A DNA stretch of 64,000 nucleotides from Mustelus asterias (lineage: Eukaryota), in the NCBI RefSeq assembly GCF_964213995.1, contig NC_135822.1, forward strand, positions 52,948,001 to 53,012,000. Reading direction: 5' to 3'. The notes beneath the pieces are model-generated. The model saw only the letters and a list, made by a program, of their open reading frames with translations, was not told the DNA's origin and did not search any database. The position numbers and the translations under genes were made by a program. Shown piece after piece: positions 62,775 to 64,000 of the stretch (position 1 is the stretch's first letter; every line of letters starts with the position of its first letter).

Positions 62775-63050
62775 GGATTTTTACACTGACACAGCATAGG
62801 GCGCTCTCTGACTATGCTACACAGAAGTTCCCGGAATTAGGGAGTCAGGAACAACAATATTTTTCATCCTCTTATAAAGCAACAGCGATTCAACACCTTG
62901 ATCTTGTTTCAGGAGAACATCAGTCAGAAATCGAGAAACTGTTCGTAGAAGAAGGATGGTGGCACCTATTCTCGTGAGCCTGCCGGTAGCAAGAAGAAGA
63001 GCAGACTGACCTCTTCGAATCTGACACGTTCCGGGCCAATTAGTCCCTCG
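62775..63050 (-). pseudogene. Possible decayed V relic
   Basis: Across frameshifts: TCQIRRGQS, CYRQAHEN (W>C), PPSFFYE, NSGNFCVA*S, then CAGAGAG..TAAAAATCC RSS-like remnant. Confidence 0.35.
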
Positions 63051-63234
63051 AGACTATTACATAATGTCAAGAGAAGCAAGTCCATATCAAATGCACATTT
63101 TGCTAATTAAGATTCCATGTGTGATTAGTTGGATTCACCAATACGATAAGTGAATTAAATAACGAGGTTCCCTTTTTATTGGCTGAATGTGTTCAAACAT
63201 TTTTATATTCTCCACATGTTTTCGTTAATGATTT

Positions 63235-63530
63235 AGGGGCCATAGGTTTAAGGTGCGAGGGGCAAGGTTTAAAGGAGATGTACGCGGCAGATCTTTTACA
63301 CAGAGTAGTGGGTGCTTGGAACTCGTTGCCGGCGGAGGTAGTGGAAGCGGATACGGTCGTGACTTTTAAGGGGCGTCTTGATAAGTACATGAATAGGATG
63401 GGAATAGCGGGATACGGTGCCCGGAAGGGTAGGGAGTTTTTAGTTAAATCGGGCAGCATGGTCGGTGCAGGCTTGGAGGGCCGAAGGGCCTGTTCATGTG
63501 CTGTGTAATTTTCTTTGTTCTTTGTTCTTT
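63235..63530 (+). mobile_element. CR1 3' end
   Basis: RVVGAWNSLPAEVVEADT motif and gttctttgttcttt tail. Confidence 0.85.
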
Positions 63531-64000
63531 GAAGCCGCTTCGATTTCGGCCTTGGGTGACTGCGTGGAGCTTGCATCTTGGAGTCCTCTTTCTGAGAGTC
63601 GATGTAGACTCGGGGGAGAAAGCAGCTCCCTGACTGAGAGCCAGAGTTTGAAACAAGGACTGACACACGGCCACAGATAGATAGAGGACGGGCGGAGAGG
63701 GAGAGAGAAGGGGAGAGTGAGAGACATTAGCTAGATGTATGCAGAGAGAGTGATTGAGAAAGAATGAAATAGAGAGTGAGACAGAGTGAAATAACGAAAG
63801 GAGAAGAGCCAGAGAAAGAGTTTGCTGCCCAAACCGGGGCGGGTTTATTTGACCTTTCACCATCCTGTTCTCACCTCTTCATTACGCAAGAGGCCGCTTT
63901 AAAAGATGTATTCCTTAGTGGGACTGATCCTGCTCTTTCACTGTAAGCGAATTGCTTGAAACAGCAGTTCTTTTTAATACATTCATTTATGTTATTTTTA

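Noticed and set aside
63530-63820. Possible V 5' end (CQSLFQTLALSQGAAFSP) after a pyrimidine-rich intron-like tract on the minus strand
   Set aside because: No clear acceptor, first Cys or WY motif before the CR1 tail; too weak to call

Overview
Repeat-dense vertebrate genomic DNA, most likely an elasmobranch (shark), judged from the CR1 LINE, V-SINE and Penelope repertoire and the V-segment sequences. Most ORFs in the track are retroelement fragments or minisatellite artefacts. Three non-repeat components stand out. (1) From 2.8 to 13.2 kb (+) lie six phase-compatible exons of a gene whose 5' end is outside the window. They encode a UMOD/GP2/OIT3-type D8C (D10C) domain, two duplicated Ser/Thr/Pro-rich mucin-like exons and a short unrecognised C-terminal module, with no ZP domain or transmembrane helix visible. 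(2) An orphan 168-nt NLRP-type LRR exon sits at 32.8 kb. (3) From 37 to 63 kb lies a T-cell receptor beta-type V-segment array. It holds one intact V gene (leader 48357-48399, V exon 47527-47822, consensus 23-RSS), four recognisable V pseudogenes in both orientations and two fainter relics. CTCF-like motifs occur at its left edge, one just past an RSS. Also present: two Penelope-like elements carrying hammerhead-ribozyme motifs, a near full-length CR1, a structured CR1-tailed element in two copies, a local inverted templated insertion, several minisatellites and two N-gaps next to V RSSs. All calls come from reading the sequence by eye, with no database searches; repeat boundaries are approximate.
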